A DNA stretch of 64,000 nucleotides from Azolla caroliniana (GCA_043228905.1 JBHGNT010000016.1:806001-870000); one strand, 5' to 3'; positions 10,714 to 24,596 are shown, numbered from the stretch's first letter. Program-made: numbers and translations. The notes: generated by a model from the letters alone, not told the origin.

Positions 10714-13700
10714 TCTATCGGGAGTATTGTGGAGCAAGGGATGCAAGTTCGATTCAACCAAGGAGGTTGCTTCATCGAGAAGGAAGGCCGACTAATTGCT
10801 CTTGGTCGAAGGGAAGGCCGAATGTTTATCCTCGAAGCAAACATTGGCCATATTTGCAAAGGGCCTCAAACACAACACCGACATAGAGCTATGGCATAAA
10901 AGAATCGGCCATATCAATCTCAACAAACTCAAGGCGATGCAATCGAAAGGAGTCGTCATTGGGCTCCCGACCTTCAAAGAGAAAGAGATTGAAGGAGTAT
11001 GTGAAGCATGCCAATTCGGCAAGCAACATCGACACCCGTTCCCGAAGGAGAGGAACGTGAGCAAAGGCCTATTGGACGTAGTCCACTAAGATGTGTGGGG
11101 ACTGGCACAAACGGCTACGTTCAGAGGATGTCGGTACTATGTTACCTTCATCGATGATTTCTCTAGATACACACGGATCTTTCCCATGAGGATGAAGAGC
11201 GAAGTGTTTACACACTTCGAAAAATTCAAAAGCGAAGTCGAAAAGACAACTGGGCGTCATGTACGCTATCTTCAGTCAGACGAAGGAAAGGAATACTTCT
11301 CTGATGCGTTCATGGCATACCTTCGACAAGAAGGAATTCGGCGAGAATTCACTTGCCGACACACACCACAACAGAACGGTGTAGCCGAACGCTAGAATCG
11401 GCACATCCTCGAAGTAGCAAGGGCCATGCTAAATGAGAAGCATATGCCCAAGTCATATTGGGCAGAAGCTGCAAATACCGTCGTCTACCTCATGAACCGG
11501 TGCACAACATCCGGAGTGCACGAGGTCACCCCGCACGAGAAATACTATGGGAAGAAGCCAAATCTATCCCATGTAAGGATATTCGGCTCCATTGCATACA
11601 TGCACATTCTCGATGAGAAGCGATAGAAGCTTGACCCAAAATTAGAGAAGTGCATCCTCGTGGGGTACTCACAGGAGCAAAAGGGGTACAAGTGCTTCAA
11701 CCCCTCTACTCGGAAGACTCGTGTAAGTTGGGATGTCGTCTTTGACGAATCGACATCATGGTACAAACCCGAGCCGACTCCTCCCGAACCATCTACGAAC
11801 AACCTCGACAACACAGAAGACGATGATAAACTAAGGTCAATACTCGAAGAGAGTCCGATCTCAACTAGATTGAGCGGACCACAAGAACCTCCGAGCAACC
11901 AAAGCTCATCTCGGCCAAGACCAAAGATGGACAAAAGGAAGGCCAAAATGCCGGAATATGAGGATGATCACTTCGATGGCAACGAATCGACTCATTCACT
12001 CGATAGTGAGTTCGATGGCTTTGATGTGCCTCTTATGAGGTCCCCCGGAGTTGAGAAAGCACTCACATTGACAAATGAGAAACTCCGTCACTCCACCCAA
12101 GAGAAGAATCCGGTTAGCCGATTCGGCTACAACGACTATATGGCATACCACTATGCCTTTATGATGAAGGTGGCAGCAGTTCGAGAACCAGAGAGCTTTG
12201 CCGAAGCCGCTAAAGATCCTCGATGGGGCGAAGTGATGAACAAGGAGATGCAAGCTCTCAGCAAGAATGAGACATGGGATCTCGTCCCTCAATCACCGCA
12301 CAAGAAGGCAATCGGCTGCAGATGGATATACAAAGTGAAGTATAATGCCGACGGTTCCGTCAACCGCTACAAAGCTCGACTCATAGCAAAGGGCTACACA
12401 CAAACATAGGGCGTCGACTATGAAGAGACCTTTGCCCCGGTGGCAAAGATGACAACCGTGCGAACCATGATAGCGCTTGCAGCAGCGAAACGGTGGCACC
12501 TCCACAGATGGATGTCAAGAACGCTTTTCTTCAAGGCGAATTAGTAGAGGAGGTGTACATGGTACAACCACCCGACTTCGAATCCAACATTCATCTGAAA
12601 GCCATATGCTGACTTAAGAAACCTCTCTACGGCCTTAAGCAAGCACCACGTGCTTGGCACTCAAAGATAACACAATATCTTCATTGAATCGGCTTCCGAA
12701 AGTCAAAATCCGACAATTCTCTCTATGTAAGAAGCGATTCCGAAAGTCTGATCGTCATCATCCGATATGTGGATGATCTAGTCATTGGAGGTGAGCATCT
12801 AATCGACATCAACAAGGTCAAATCCCTCCTTTCCAACAAATTCGAGATGACGGACATGAAAGAGCTCCACTACTTCCTTGGCATCGAGGTAATTCGGACT
12901 CCAGCCAGGATTATGATCTTCCAATGGCACTACATTCTCAACTTGTTATACAAGTTCGGGATGACTGAGTGCAAGTCTGTGGCAACACCTCTCGACCGAA
13001 ACCTCAAACTAGATGCCAATTCTGGCACCATAGAGTGTGAGCCGACTCAATATCGACGACTGATCGGTAGTCTTATCTACATCACGATCACTCGACCTGA
13101 CCTGAGCTATCCGGTCGGCCTTCTTAGCCAGTTCATGCAAACGCCACGAGATATCCATTTGGATTATGCTAAGAGAGTGCTATGATACATGAGCGGAATG
13201 ATGGACTATGGCATTCTCTATAAGTCGGCCATGCCAATTCAACTCGAGGGGTACACAGATGCCGATTGGGCAGGCTACAAAGCTGACCGACGATCAACCT
13301 CTGGTTTTGTCTTCTCCCTCGGAAGTGGAGCCATCTCCTGGAGTAGCAAGAAGCAACCAACCGTCACTCTTTCGAGCACAGAGGCCGAATACAGGGGCGC
13401 GACGGTGGCTGCATGTGAAGCCATATGGCTCAAGAGGATATTAAAGGATCTGGGCGTTCCCATCAAAGATCCGATTCTCCTTTACTGCGACAACATGAGT
13501 AGTATTTATCTGGCTCAGAACCTGGTGTTCCACGCACGCACGAAGCATATTGAAGTGCACTATCACTTCATTCGAGAGCGCGTTCAGGCTGGCGATGTCG
13601 ACCTTCAACATATGTCTACGAATCTTCAGACAACCGACATCTTCACCAAAGCCCTAGGAATCGACAAGCTTCGGCAATTCCTGTTAGACCTTGGGTTGAC

Positions 13701-13824
13701 GGTCCTTGACTTGCCAAGCTTGAGGGGGAGTACGAGCCGGATGTACCGGATACCGTTCGAACTGGATACGAGCCAAAGCGGACATCAACCGAAGTAGCCG
13801 ACCAAATTTGAGCTTGAGGGGGCG

Positions 13825-14175
13825 TGTTGAGAATCAAGCTCAACCTAGTCTAGTGTGTGAACACACCCTTGAGAGTGTGCACTCAAAGGTCAAATGTCAC
13901 CACTCTTATCCACACATTAATTATATGTCATAGAATCATATTCTATGACACATAACTAATGAGCTTTCACATTCCCTGTGACCCATGAGCTTCGGTAGTT
14001 AATGAAGAGAGAGAGTGGCTATATAAAGCACTCTCCTCCTACTTTGTAATAAGTTCGGTTAATCTCCTTTGTAATATACATTGACTTGAGTATTCTATTC
14101 TTGTTTAAAATATATATCTATCTTGTGTTTCTCTCTCTCTCTCTCTCATACACACACACACACTCACTCACAACA
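13825..14175 (+). repeat. 3' LTR of the copia element
   Basis: TGTTGAGAATC after the PPT, ending ...CACAACA; related inverted copy at ~28090-28560. Confidence 0.75.
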
Positions 14176-14224
14176 CATATCTCTAGTCTATTCCGCTGTC
14201 AAGAATCACCACCGATTCTTAACA

Positions 14225-17200
14225 GAAATGAATGGCCGACAAGTAAATCGGGTGCAACTTGTCTCGGTGTCGGACTCTGGAATGGACTTGGCAATTGTCG
14301 TCGCACGTCGTTACGAAATTGTGCACGTCTCGATACATCCCCGACCACCAATACTTCTCCTTTAGTTTCTCGAAAGTGGCCCATGTGCCCCGGTGTTTGG
14401 ACCAGGGGCTCTCGTGGAACTCGGAGACGAGCCCCGATTGCTCTTCCTTCTTTGCCACCACCTGGAGTGGCGTGCCGGTCCGTCTCTTCCGGTGCTTCCA
14501 TATCTTACCATTCCATAGAAAGAACCGGTAAGCCTTCTTTCGGATCCGGCTCGCTTCGTCTTTCGTCCATGCCGCGTCCGGACCCATCGTGCTTATGAAC
14601 TTACCAATCTGGAGCCCCTCCCCATCGTAGTCATCCTAGTTGAACTTGTTTAGGGCCGTTGTGCTCCGCTTGTTCGCTGACATTCGAGTCGAGTCGAAGA
14701 AGTCCACGCCGACCTCTTCGTCTCCCGACACCATGTTGTCCTCGTTCTCGAACTGTGCTCTTGAGGGCACATCGGCCATGGTGTGGTCCTTTCCAGAGAT
14801 GTGTCGTAACTCCGGATTCAAGGACTTGTTGTACGCAATCCACCTGAGCATCGCCAGGTCCGGAGTCGCGTATCCGGAAACCATACCAAGGATCGGTAGG
14901 CAGTCTGTCTCGACTATCATCTCCGTCCCGATCAAGTAGTCTTTATCGGCCTTGACCGCCAAAATGATGCCCTAGAGTTCACGTTTAACCTGGGCGTATC
15001 CTCGTTGCCACTCGTTCAACACCTTCACATTGAACCAGATGGGGAACACTGTGTCATCCTCATCTTCTTGATTAATCACCCACCCGATTTTGATCGGACT
15101 TGTATCCACCGTTACGTAAACTGGAGTGTCTGCCTTGTATACCGCCTTCCAGAGAGCCAATGTTGATGTTAGGCTCTCCTTCAGTTTCCGGATCGCCTCT
15201 GTGTGCTCTGCGCCCCATTCGATCTTCCGACCCTTCTTCAGCAACCCGTAGAGCGGCTCGGCAAGGTGCACGTAGTGTGGGATCCAAATGTGGTAGAAGG
15301 CGCATGCTCCCAGTAATTGTCGGACTTCCGTGACCGACCTGCATTCCTCCTTCATCGTGGAGATGGCCTCTACCTTCGTCGGAGACGGTTTCCGACCATA
15401 TGGTCCGCACCATAGTATGAACCATACGTACCATACGTGCATTCTCATTCGTGTAAGAAAAACACCCTCAAAGAATGATAAATACCATACTTTTGGATTA
15501 ACTATTTATTATGAGGTAAGTAAGCCTAAAAAATGGAAAAAAAAACAAAAAAAGGGGAAAAAACAAAAAAAAACACAAGAATGTTTGAGTAACATTCGCA
15601 TTCGTTTTCCAACGTAGGAAAACGAATGTTATTCTAGATGTACGCAAATTTTACGTACTATGGTCCGCACAAGTGCTCCACTCTCCAAGATGCAGTCCAT
15701 CAAAACCTTGTTCATTGAATTCACCATATGCGCCACCGAGTTGGTCCCTCCTTGCAGTAGGGTATACATCCGAACTAGACCGAGAGGGGTTCGCATTGTC
15801 GTGATATCCCTACTCTCCACGGTTAGCTAGAACTGGTCATATTCGGAGTACAAGTCGTCAAATGAGTAGATCGACCTCCCCATGAAGGCCTCTGGAAACT
15901 TGCCAATTGTCAGCCCAATCCTTGCGTTTCGAATGGTCACCTTGTTGACCGTCTGCAGGTCTTGAACGAAGCGTAGTGTGCCGTTCTTCTTCGGCACCGT
16001 AAACCATTGATTTGAGTATGGGGTGCTCGACAGCTCGAAGATCCCCATCTCGATCTTCTGTTGGAGCAACTCCGTCAACTTCGGTATGTGAGCTCTTGGC
16101 ACCAGAATTGGCATGAGATTCCACGATACGTGCGGTACCGTGAAGATCACCATTGGCTCCACGCAGCCAATCTCCCTCGGTGAGAGTGCGAAGGCTTTCC
16201 TGTGCCTTCTGAGCATTGTCCGAAATTGGTCTTCCTCTGCCGGTAGTAGGAAGCCACCCCCACCGATCTTGAGATCCCGTAGTGTCTCGTCAGTGAACCG
16301 ATGTCCTATGCCGACCGGATCTCGTAAACTTGGGTCGGCCGCGACTCCTTTCATCCGCTCCCAGTTGTCCTCTGGCAAGGGAACCGTGATTGACCTCACC
16401 TTCCGGTACACAGTACTTTGTGCTTACTAGGGCCGTTCGATCCGACCTGACCATCCTTCCGAAGTCCGCGATGACTTCGTACATTTCGACTGAACCAACC
16501 GGAACTATCTGGTCTTCGCGCAGGTTCTCTTTGGCCAACCTCTCGATCTCCTCGAGAGTGTCTTCAAATGAGACCGCCTCCATGGCGCCACTGATCTCGT
16601 CGTCGGAGCCAATGCGCCACAGGCCTTCAAGCGTCCTTCGACCCGCTTCTTCTCTCGGTCATCGATGTCGGTTATGGTACATCCTCCATTAGCAAAGGGC
16701 CAAATTTTCCTACTTATGGTACAGGTGTGGGGTTTCCTCTGGTCATCCGGACTACCGCGGCCCCATGCCTTGATAGTCCTTTCTAAAAATCCTCTCGACC
16801 TTCACCGCCAAGAGAGTCCCGATTCCGCTCGTGGTTCGGTCGGACTGTTAAGAACTGGACGGAGTGCCGATCGTCCTGACTCTTCACCCTAACGTAGGCC
16901 GAGCCATTGTCCAACACCTTCATTTCCATTCGAGCTGCCATAATGTACGGTTCATCGAGGATGACCGGATGGGAGGATGTCTCTTGCATGAAGAAGTGAT
17001 GGTCTATCTCGACGTGCTGGACATTTGGGCACACTCCATGCAGCTTCTCCGTGGCTCGTGTAGCCGCGTGTATCTTCTACCCGTGCTTGGTGTTGATCGG
17101 CCATTTTCCCTTCTTATAAAAGTCCATGGACATTAGGTTAATTTCCGACCCATGGTCAATCAATGCCACCACCGGTTCCTTCACATTCCCGATTCGAACC

Positions 17201-19553
17201 GGGGTCTCCGTTGTCGCCCTCGCCCAATGCGGCTTCATGTAGTGGCTCTCGGTAAATGCATCTTCCACAACCACCTTGTCGAGCAATGCCGCCCTTACTT
17301 CGACCGGTTTCTCTGGTTCTAGCTTTGTTGCTAGCCATTTCCTCGTTACAAGATCGACGATGCCATCGTGGAACTCTTTCTTTGCAATTCCTAACACTTC
17401 CCACAGCGTGAGTTCCACGCGACTATCGAGTATTCACTCCTCTAGGACCTTCCATAGGTTCATCGTTTTCTCTATCTCTGCGCTTAACGGGAAGCTCGAC
17501 AACTTCTCATTTTCTTTCTCTTGTGAATCACTTCTCTTGGGTTCGCTCCAAGTGTCGTACCTCCTTGAAGGGCCTGCCCCTCCGGCCTTTCCGGCCCGCT
17601 TGTCGTCAACCAGAACCTCGTAGTTCTGGCACACGACTTCTATGAAGTCGGTATTCTCCTCAACCGGATCGCTCCATCCGGTGACTTCGTGAACCTGCCT
17701 CTCGGCACGGTCCACTTCCTCCTTCTTTAGCTTCTTTTCGTGGAAGCCCTCTAGTACTACCGACCAAAATCCGGAGTCAACCCCGGAGCTGGTGGCTTTC
17801 TTTCCGCCCAGACGGATGACGGCCAAGGCCGAGTAGTGAATGGCCTCGACATGACGGGCCACTGCCTCCTCCATTATCCTCTTCATTCCACCTTGTCCAG
17901 TGTTTACTTCGAGTGGCCTTCGCGTGTAGCCAACCATTCCAACGGTACACCACATTACTCCTAAATGCTTCGCCAAAATCGGCGTTGTCTCTTCGGGCAT
18001 GGCCAACGACATCACACCATATACACCTTTGGTCAACTGGCAGTCGTCGGTCGCACGATTGACCGCCGTCATCCCTTCGGGCTTGAGCGATCTGGAGATC
18101 GCGCACCATCTTCTTCAACTCCTCTAGAGCCGCGCCCCTAGATGGACCCGTGACCACGGTGGTCGGAACTTGGCTCGACTCAAGCCACCTTCTCGTTTCC
18201 TCCGTCCAGGTCGGCGCCAACTCAGGCCTTGTTTCCACAGTTGGACCTATTGTTGATGGCCCCACGTTTTTCTAGTTTCGCCATTTGTCGATATGGCGGC
18301 ATACTCCTTTAACCACGGCCCAGTCAACCATGAGCCCTTCGTCCGTCTCCAAGAGGGGGCCCACGTTATCGCGATAGAGCAAGTCGACCGACTTAACAAA
18401 CAACATAACCTTGCTCGTATCAAGCACGGTCCGGTCTAGTGTCGAGAGTCGTGCGAATCACAACTCGAATTCCTGAAGGAGAGTTGATGCGTTCCGGCCT
18501 TTGCCAGGGCTCTCGACCCAATCCATTAAATCTTTCTTCAATAGCCAGAGAGAATAATCAAAGCCGTACTTCTCGAGCAACCTCCCCTCGAAGTCTGCCC
18601 AATTACGACAATCCGCTTGCACTTCGAGCACCTCCACATGGATGCTCGACGTTACGACCCAAGGGAATCCAGACAACCGTCTGTCCTCTAGAATATTCCT
18701 CATCAACATCTCGGACATATAGGCCTCCAGGTAGCTTGTTGTGTCTTTCCTATTAAATCGGCCTATCTTGTCAACCATCGTTTCTATGGCCCTATCAAGG
18801 GCGCTCGTGCCCTCGCGAGCGTTAACTAGGCGGTCTAAAACAACCGCCATTGCTTCAGCGAGTTGGCTTCCTCTCATCTTCGGAGTCCTCTACTGCCTCT
18901 TTCACATCGGGTTCACCAATGATGTCGGGGGTTTCCACGGGTATGTGTTGAAACGGGCAGGACCACGGGGGTCTTAGAACAAGGAGTCAAAAGGAGTAGG
19001 AAGTGCAACTGTGACGGTAGTCCGGGTCGGTTACCGGAAGCCAGACAACGAGTGCATGTGTACGCAGAGGTAAGCTTGTCACGTAGTTCACAGGTAGAGT
19101 GGGAAACAGATACGTAGAAATAGGAATAGAGATGAAACCCCGAAATGAGGAGAGATAGATTAAGGTAAGCAGAATACAACTGGGCTTGGCCGGTAGTTGA
19201 GTCATATGCTCTTCGAAACACACCCCCTCCCACACTCTCACATAGACAGATTAAGGGGCCTCTGGTCGGGAGGTCACGGGCTTCTTGCGCGAGCAGAGGC
19301 TTCTTTCTAGAATCGTACGCAAGGTAGAGAGTGGGAGAGAGAAAGAGAGCTCGGGCCTCAAACCGACAACACTTCGTCATCCCAAAATGCCGATCCCTAA
19401 AACAGGGTCAAGCCTCCCCTTTTATAGCACAAGGGGAGACCGTTACATCATGATCGGTGTCAGAGATCCCCCTCCTTGATTTCTTTCTATGTGTGTGGGA
19501 ATTTAAAGTACCTCATTAAACCCTACTACCTAGTACTTACTAGTCCTATGATA
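14225..19553 (-). mobile_element. Ty3/gypsy retrotransposon (same lineage as the first element), 5' LTR ~18923-19553, gag-PR-RT-RH-partial IN, 3' truncated
   Basis: gag ORF 18458-18877, knuckle CIWCDVVGH, protease ALIDHGSEIN, RT WFTVPKKNGTLRFVQDLQ, RNase H VTVDTS / VETDCLP, integrase zinc finger. PBS-like TGGTGAACCC next to the LTR; peptides are clearly homologous to 1997-4133. Confidence 0.9.
15411..15662. mobile_element. hAT-type MITE, CATAGT family
   Basis: TIRs CATAGTA / TACTATG; perfect 8-bp TSD GTCCGCAC (15403-15410, 15663-15670). Confidence 0.88.
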
Positions 19554-19559
19554 TTTACA

Positions 19560-21568
19560 TTATGTTTGTACAAAATACTTGATTTGTGTGCATTGGTGCA
19601 CACACCCGTCTACGTGCACTTGGCTTCGTTTCTCTTTATGGCAAGATTCCTTCACAACACCGTATCGACAAGGCTCACAGAAATTTGTCTTTGCTTGAAG
19701 TTTCGAGATGTAGCATACCGCCATCAACTGATCGAGTCTGGCTTGGGACATATGACCAAGTCGTCCATGCCATATGTTTGGGCCGGCCTTTTCGGCGACG
19801 TTCACGGCCCCGTTTGGATTGATTGCCATCATTGGGTACAATTTGTTGTACTTGTGCCCACGTCCAATCTTTAGATTTCCACGACTGATCATCCATGTTG
19901 ACTCATCGAGAGTTGTTCGGTACCTGTCTTCAGCTAACATGCCGATGGAGACCAGACTCCTTTTCAGATCAGGTACGTGTCAAACTTGGTGCAGGGTGAT
20001 CATGTTGTCATTGGGCAATCAGATGGGAACCTCTCTGGTCCCTGCGATTTTATACTCTTGCCCGTTGCCTAGTCGGAATGTGCCGCTAACGTCGGCTGAA
20101 TAGTTCGAAAACCATTCAATATTAGGGGACACGTGGAATGTGGCACTGGAATCCAGTAACCACGTGTGTGTGCATATTGTGCACTGTAGAGGACTTCTCC
20201 GATCATTGAATCCTCTAAGGAGAGAATTTCGCCAAATCAGGTGTCAACAACGTTAATTTGTTGCCAACTTGAGCGTGGTTCGAGTTGGGTTGTCCTCGAT
20301 TCCACTTGGATCGCTGACCACTCTCTTTCCTCTTGATTAATCAGCAGTCGGAAACATTGTGGCCAACTTTTCTGCAATGTGTGCAGAATTCGCTTGATCG
20401 GCCCGTTTTCGACTTTAACCGTTGTCGGACCCCCCTCGTTCTTGATCGGTTGGTGCTCCGACCTGTTCTGTCAGCTTGTTCTCTCAATCGACTCAATTGA
20501 TCGACCGACTTAGTTGAGTGGTGGGTATCTGCCGACTCGTCAATGGTAAGTCCCATCGATTTTTGCCGAATATCCTTGGTTAGGACTTGGCCAATCGTCT
20601 CATCTAGATTTAGGATCGGTCGACTATTGGCATATGTCGTGCAGAATACCTTCCAACTCGCCGACAAGCTCGATAGGAGGGCAAGGGCTTTCACTTCTTC
20701 TTCAAAGTTGATCCCTTGGGAGGAGAGTTCTGGCAACACCCGGCTGAAGGGTTGATGTGAGAGGTAGCCGGATCAGTCTCTCTCATCTTTATGTTGAACA
20801 ATTGTTTGATCAAAATCAGTTTTAAAGATGTGGACTTTTTCTCATATATGGCTTGTAACTTCTCCCACAATGAGAATGTTGTCTTTTTTGCCATGATGAA
20901 GTAGACGTTTTCGACTAGATGCATTCGAACGGTGGAGTGCGGTTTTCTCTGTAGATCTCCACTCTTCGAATGTCATTGATGCAGATTTTTTCACTGTATC
21001 GAATGGCTTCAACTTGTCTTCTGATGATCCGCACGTCCTGCATCATCTCCTTCCATAGGGCAAAGTTTTTTCCATCGAATTTTCCGATTTCAACTTTTGT
21101 TCTGGATTTTGAAGCCATGTTCTTCTTTGAAAGTGAGATTTTATTGACTTGGTCTTTTTTCTTTCAGCTTTTTCTGCTATTTGTTGTTGCCGAGCCGCGG
21201 ATCGCTCTGATACCAGTTGAAGATCGAATATGTGCGGAAACGTATATGTGAGGATCAGTCGTATGTGCTCAGCAAACTACACAGTTGAAAGCAAGAAGGT
21301 CAACAAAGAATATACACGATCTAATTATTGTGTTTGTTCTCTCTCTCTCTCTCTCTAATACTTGATACAAGCGTGATCAAGAGGTCTCTCTTTACAATGT
21401 TAGGTTATCTCTAATATACTAAGCCCTAACTCTTTGGACGAGTTCACACTCAGATACAAAGTGGAAGGAGTCGGCCTTTTATGCCAACATCATGAGAATA
21501 TAATGTCTAGCAAAGAAATAGGATACGGTCACATAAATAGCCATAACATAATGTCATGATGTAAACAT
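19560..21568 (-). mobile_element. Ty1/copia element 5' part (LTR, tRNA-Met PBS, gag, protease, GAG-pre-integrase), truncated
   Basis: PBS TGGTATCAGAGC on the minus strand at 21204-21215; gag IGKFDGKNFALWK, ALLSSL..SW, CTHCRKVGH; WHGRLGHMS. The LTR starting at 21218 is split by the 21569-27527 insertion and resumes briefly at ~27533-27567. Confidence 0.85.
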
Positions 21569-21879
21569 TGTTGGGAATTCACTCCCTCATGATGAGAACA
21601 AGACAAGCCAGATCGGATGAGCCGAAGGAAGGAACTAGACAAGCCGAAGGATGAGAACCGGACAAGCCGAAGGAAGGAATTGGACCGGATGGATCTGGAA
21701 GATATCCGAACCGAATCTGATGGATCTGATTGGTATCTAGCCAGACACCGTAATATATGTATATGTTCCGGTGTGACTGTTTGAGGTCATATTTGTAAAT
21801 AACCCCAAAGTTATATAAGTATAAATATAACTAGGGCAATACTGTTATAGTAGTTGTTGCTATCATTGTTGTTGTTGTA

Positions 21880-21919
<40 letters not shown>

Positions 21920-23734
21920 CAAAAAGCTTTTCTATTGCAACCGTCGGTTGGCGAAGGTAGAGCTCGAGGTCATTGCCTCTGAGTTTCCCATTGTACCTTT
22001 CCTTTGTCTAGTGGTATAGTTCAGAGTCTGTGGGCTCCCATGGTTTTCCCGACTAGGGTTTTCCATGTTAATATTCCGTGTCGTCTTATTCTTGTTTTCT
22101 GTTTCTTCCATTGTGTGCTTGGATCTCGGTTGTGGCTGAGAACGATTCTTGTCAATATGGTATCAGAGCATGAAAGATCCATTCGACGCCATGTTCAAGC
22201 TCACCAACTCCAACTACCTAGTGTGGAAGTCGAAGATGAGGGACATGTTAGTGGTTAAAGATCTTTGGTTGCCGGTACAGTTTGGAGACAAAAGACCGGA
22301 CAAGATTGATTCCGCGAACTGGGAGGTGATGCATATGAAGATGATGGCATACATAAGATGCTTCATTGACATGAGCATGTACAACAACTTCAATGACGAA
22401 AGCAAGGCTCGTGTGCTCTGGGAGAAGATCAACACCATGGTGAGAGCAAGAATGTCGTGAATCGAGTATCAGTATTTAGAAAGCTGGTGAGAATAAGATA
22501 TCAAGATGGCTCCAGCATGGCGAAGCACATGAATGCCATCCAGGGGCTCATAAAATCAAACGACCTCGTTGGAAGTATCTCTAGCCGATGAGGTACTCGG
22601 TTTGTTGTTGCTCGGTTCCCTCCCGAATAGTTGGGAGACACTAGTTGTCACTTGGGCAACGCGGGGCAGGAAGGTAAACACTTATCCCTAACAAGAGTAA
22701 AGTCAAGCTTGCTAGATCAAGAAGCTCCTCGGAAGGACCAGGAATCCGGAACCGATCCAAAGGTCTTGGTTACAGAAGACAACAATAACCGGGGAAGAGG
22801 TTGGAATTGAAGTCCCTATAATGGGGAGAAGTTGGGAACGAGGTCGAAGTCAAGGGGGAGGCCCACTTGCTTTTATTGCGGCAAGCCGGGGCACTTCCAC
22901 AAGAATTGCCGACACTTCTGGAAAGCCAAAGGGAGAGCCGACGGTCCGGAACCGAAGAAGATTTCGGAAAGAAGAGGAATGTCGGGAATCGCGATAAGTG
23001 AGGAAGAACTATTGCTCATCACTGAGGGCAACGAGCTACATCTTGTCAGCGACAAAATGATGTGGGTGGTCGACTCCGGAGCGTCGTTCCATCTAACCCC
23101 GACCGGAAGTGCTTCTCATCCTATGAAACCGGAGATCACGGTTGTGTCTGGATGGGGAATGAAGGTGCATGCCGAATTGTCGGCACAGAAGACGTGTGGT
23201 TGATGACGTCAATCGGGTGCAAGTTGCTGATGAAAGATGTCCGACATGTTTCGGAGGTTCGACTAAACCTGATATCAGCTGGTCGGCTGGATGATGAAGG
23301 CTACACGGGTAGCATCCAGAACGGAGTGATGAAGTTTAGCAAAAGGAGTTTGATCGTGGCCCGAGCCCGGAAGATCAACACATTATACCTAATGCATGCC
23401 TGGATATCCTGGGAAGAGGTGAACGTGGCATCTGACACTGCCGGTGAACTGTGGCACAAGAGTTTGTGTCACATGAGCCAAAAAGGGATGCATAAACTTG
23501 CCGAGGATGACCTCATTCCGGAGGTGAAAGACGTGCAACTTGAGGGGTGCATCGACTGTTTGGCCATCAAGCAAAACCAAACCTCTTTCTGAACCCTACC
23601 ACCGTCAAGACGGAATGCCCCGTTGGAACTTTTGCATATTGATGTATGCCAGGTGGACACGAAGTCACATGCCGGATCACAGTACTTTGTGACAGTCATA
23701 AATGACCACAATTGGAAGTTGTGGGTCTCATCGC

Positions 23735-24475
23735 TGTCGTGGAGAAAACCGCCCCAGGAGGAATCAAAGGGGAAGAGGTGTGACCCAACCCCTTTCGCGC
23801 GTGTGTGTGTTTATGAATTGTACATAGCTAGGAATAGATCGGCTGATGTACATGTACTAGGTAGGGTATTAATTGTCTAAGGAATTGATGCGTATCTCTG
23901 TCTGAAAGGACAGAGAATAAAGTTGATCTGTTTTGATGTAATGGCCTCCTCGATGACCTATAAAGGGGAGGGGAGAAGAAGAAGAAAGATATCGCATTTT
24001 GGCAAGGAGGAAGTGTTGTCGGACTGGAAACCGAGCTCTCTCCTCCTCTACTGTTGCTCTACGCTACGTTTCTATGTCGGTTACCTCTGCTGCGTGTAAG
24101 CCCGTGTGCTTCCAGCAGAGGCTCCACCGTGCGTTCTCTATGTTGTCCGTGTGTGTGCGTGGAACCTCTGTTTGGGGTCTGTTGCCGGTTTGCCTATTGT
24201 AATCAAATCGTCTGTTGCGTGTAAGCCCGTGTGCTTCCAGCAGAGGCTCCACCGTGCGTTCTCTGTGTTGTCCGCATGTGTGCGTGGGACCTCCGTTTGG
24301 GGTCTGTTGCCGGTTTGCCGATTGTAATCGTTGATTGACATTGTAATCAAATCTTCTATTTTGTCTCTCTCTGTGTGTTTCTGTGAGTCGCTCTCCCTCT
24401 TCTTTCCCATGCTCCTTGGTTCAAGGCCCCCGTGGTCCCGCCTCATTTCACACGCAAGAGCATAACAACATGACA
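23735..24475. mobile_element. solo LTR (gypsy-type termini) inserted in the copia integrase
   Basis: TGTCGTG...CATGACA termini; flanks TCGC / CCGC; the host frame WVSPLKMK is restored when it is removed; TATAAA at ~23959; internal ~123-bp tandem duplication. Confidence 0.8.
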
Positions 24476-24596
24476 CCGCTGAAGATGAAGGATTAGGTAT
24501 TGACAGTCTTCAAGGCGTTCCACGTGAGGGTGGAAAGAGAAACCGATCGGAAGCTGAAAGCGGTTCGAGCTGACAACGGTGGAGGGTATTGTGGGC

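Larger units (their letters stand above)
6580..14175 (+). mobile_element. Ty1/copia LTR retrotransposon (gag-PR-IN-RT-RH, decayed; 5' LTR missing; carries a mitochondrial DNA insertion)
   Basis: gag from ~6664, zinc knuckle CGDCGRIGHHEEEC, protease WFVDSGASNHM, GAG-pre-integrase LWHKRIGH, integrase YYVTFIDDFSR / TPQQNGVAER, RT YKARLIAKG / YVDD, RNase H YTDADWAG / SSTEAEY / RTKHIEVHYHF. PPT GAGGGGGCG, then LTR from 13825. Confidence 0.93.
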
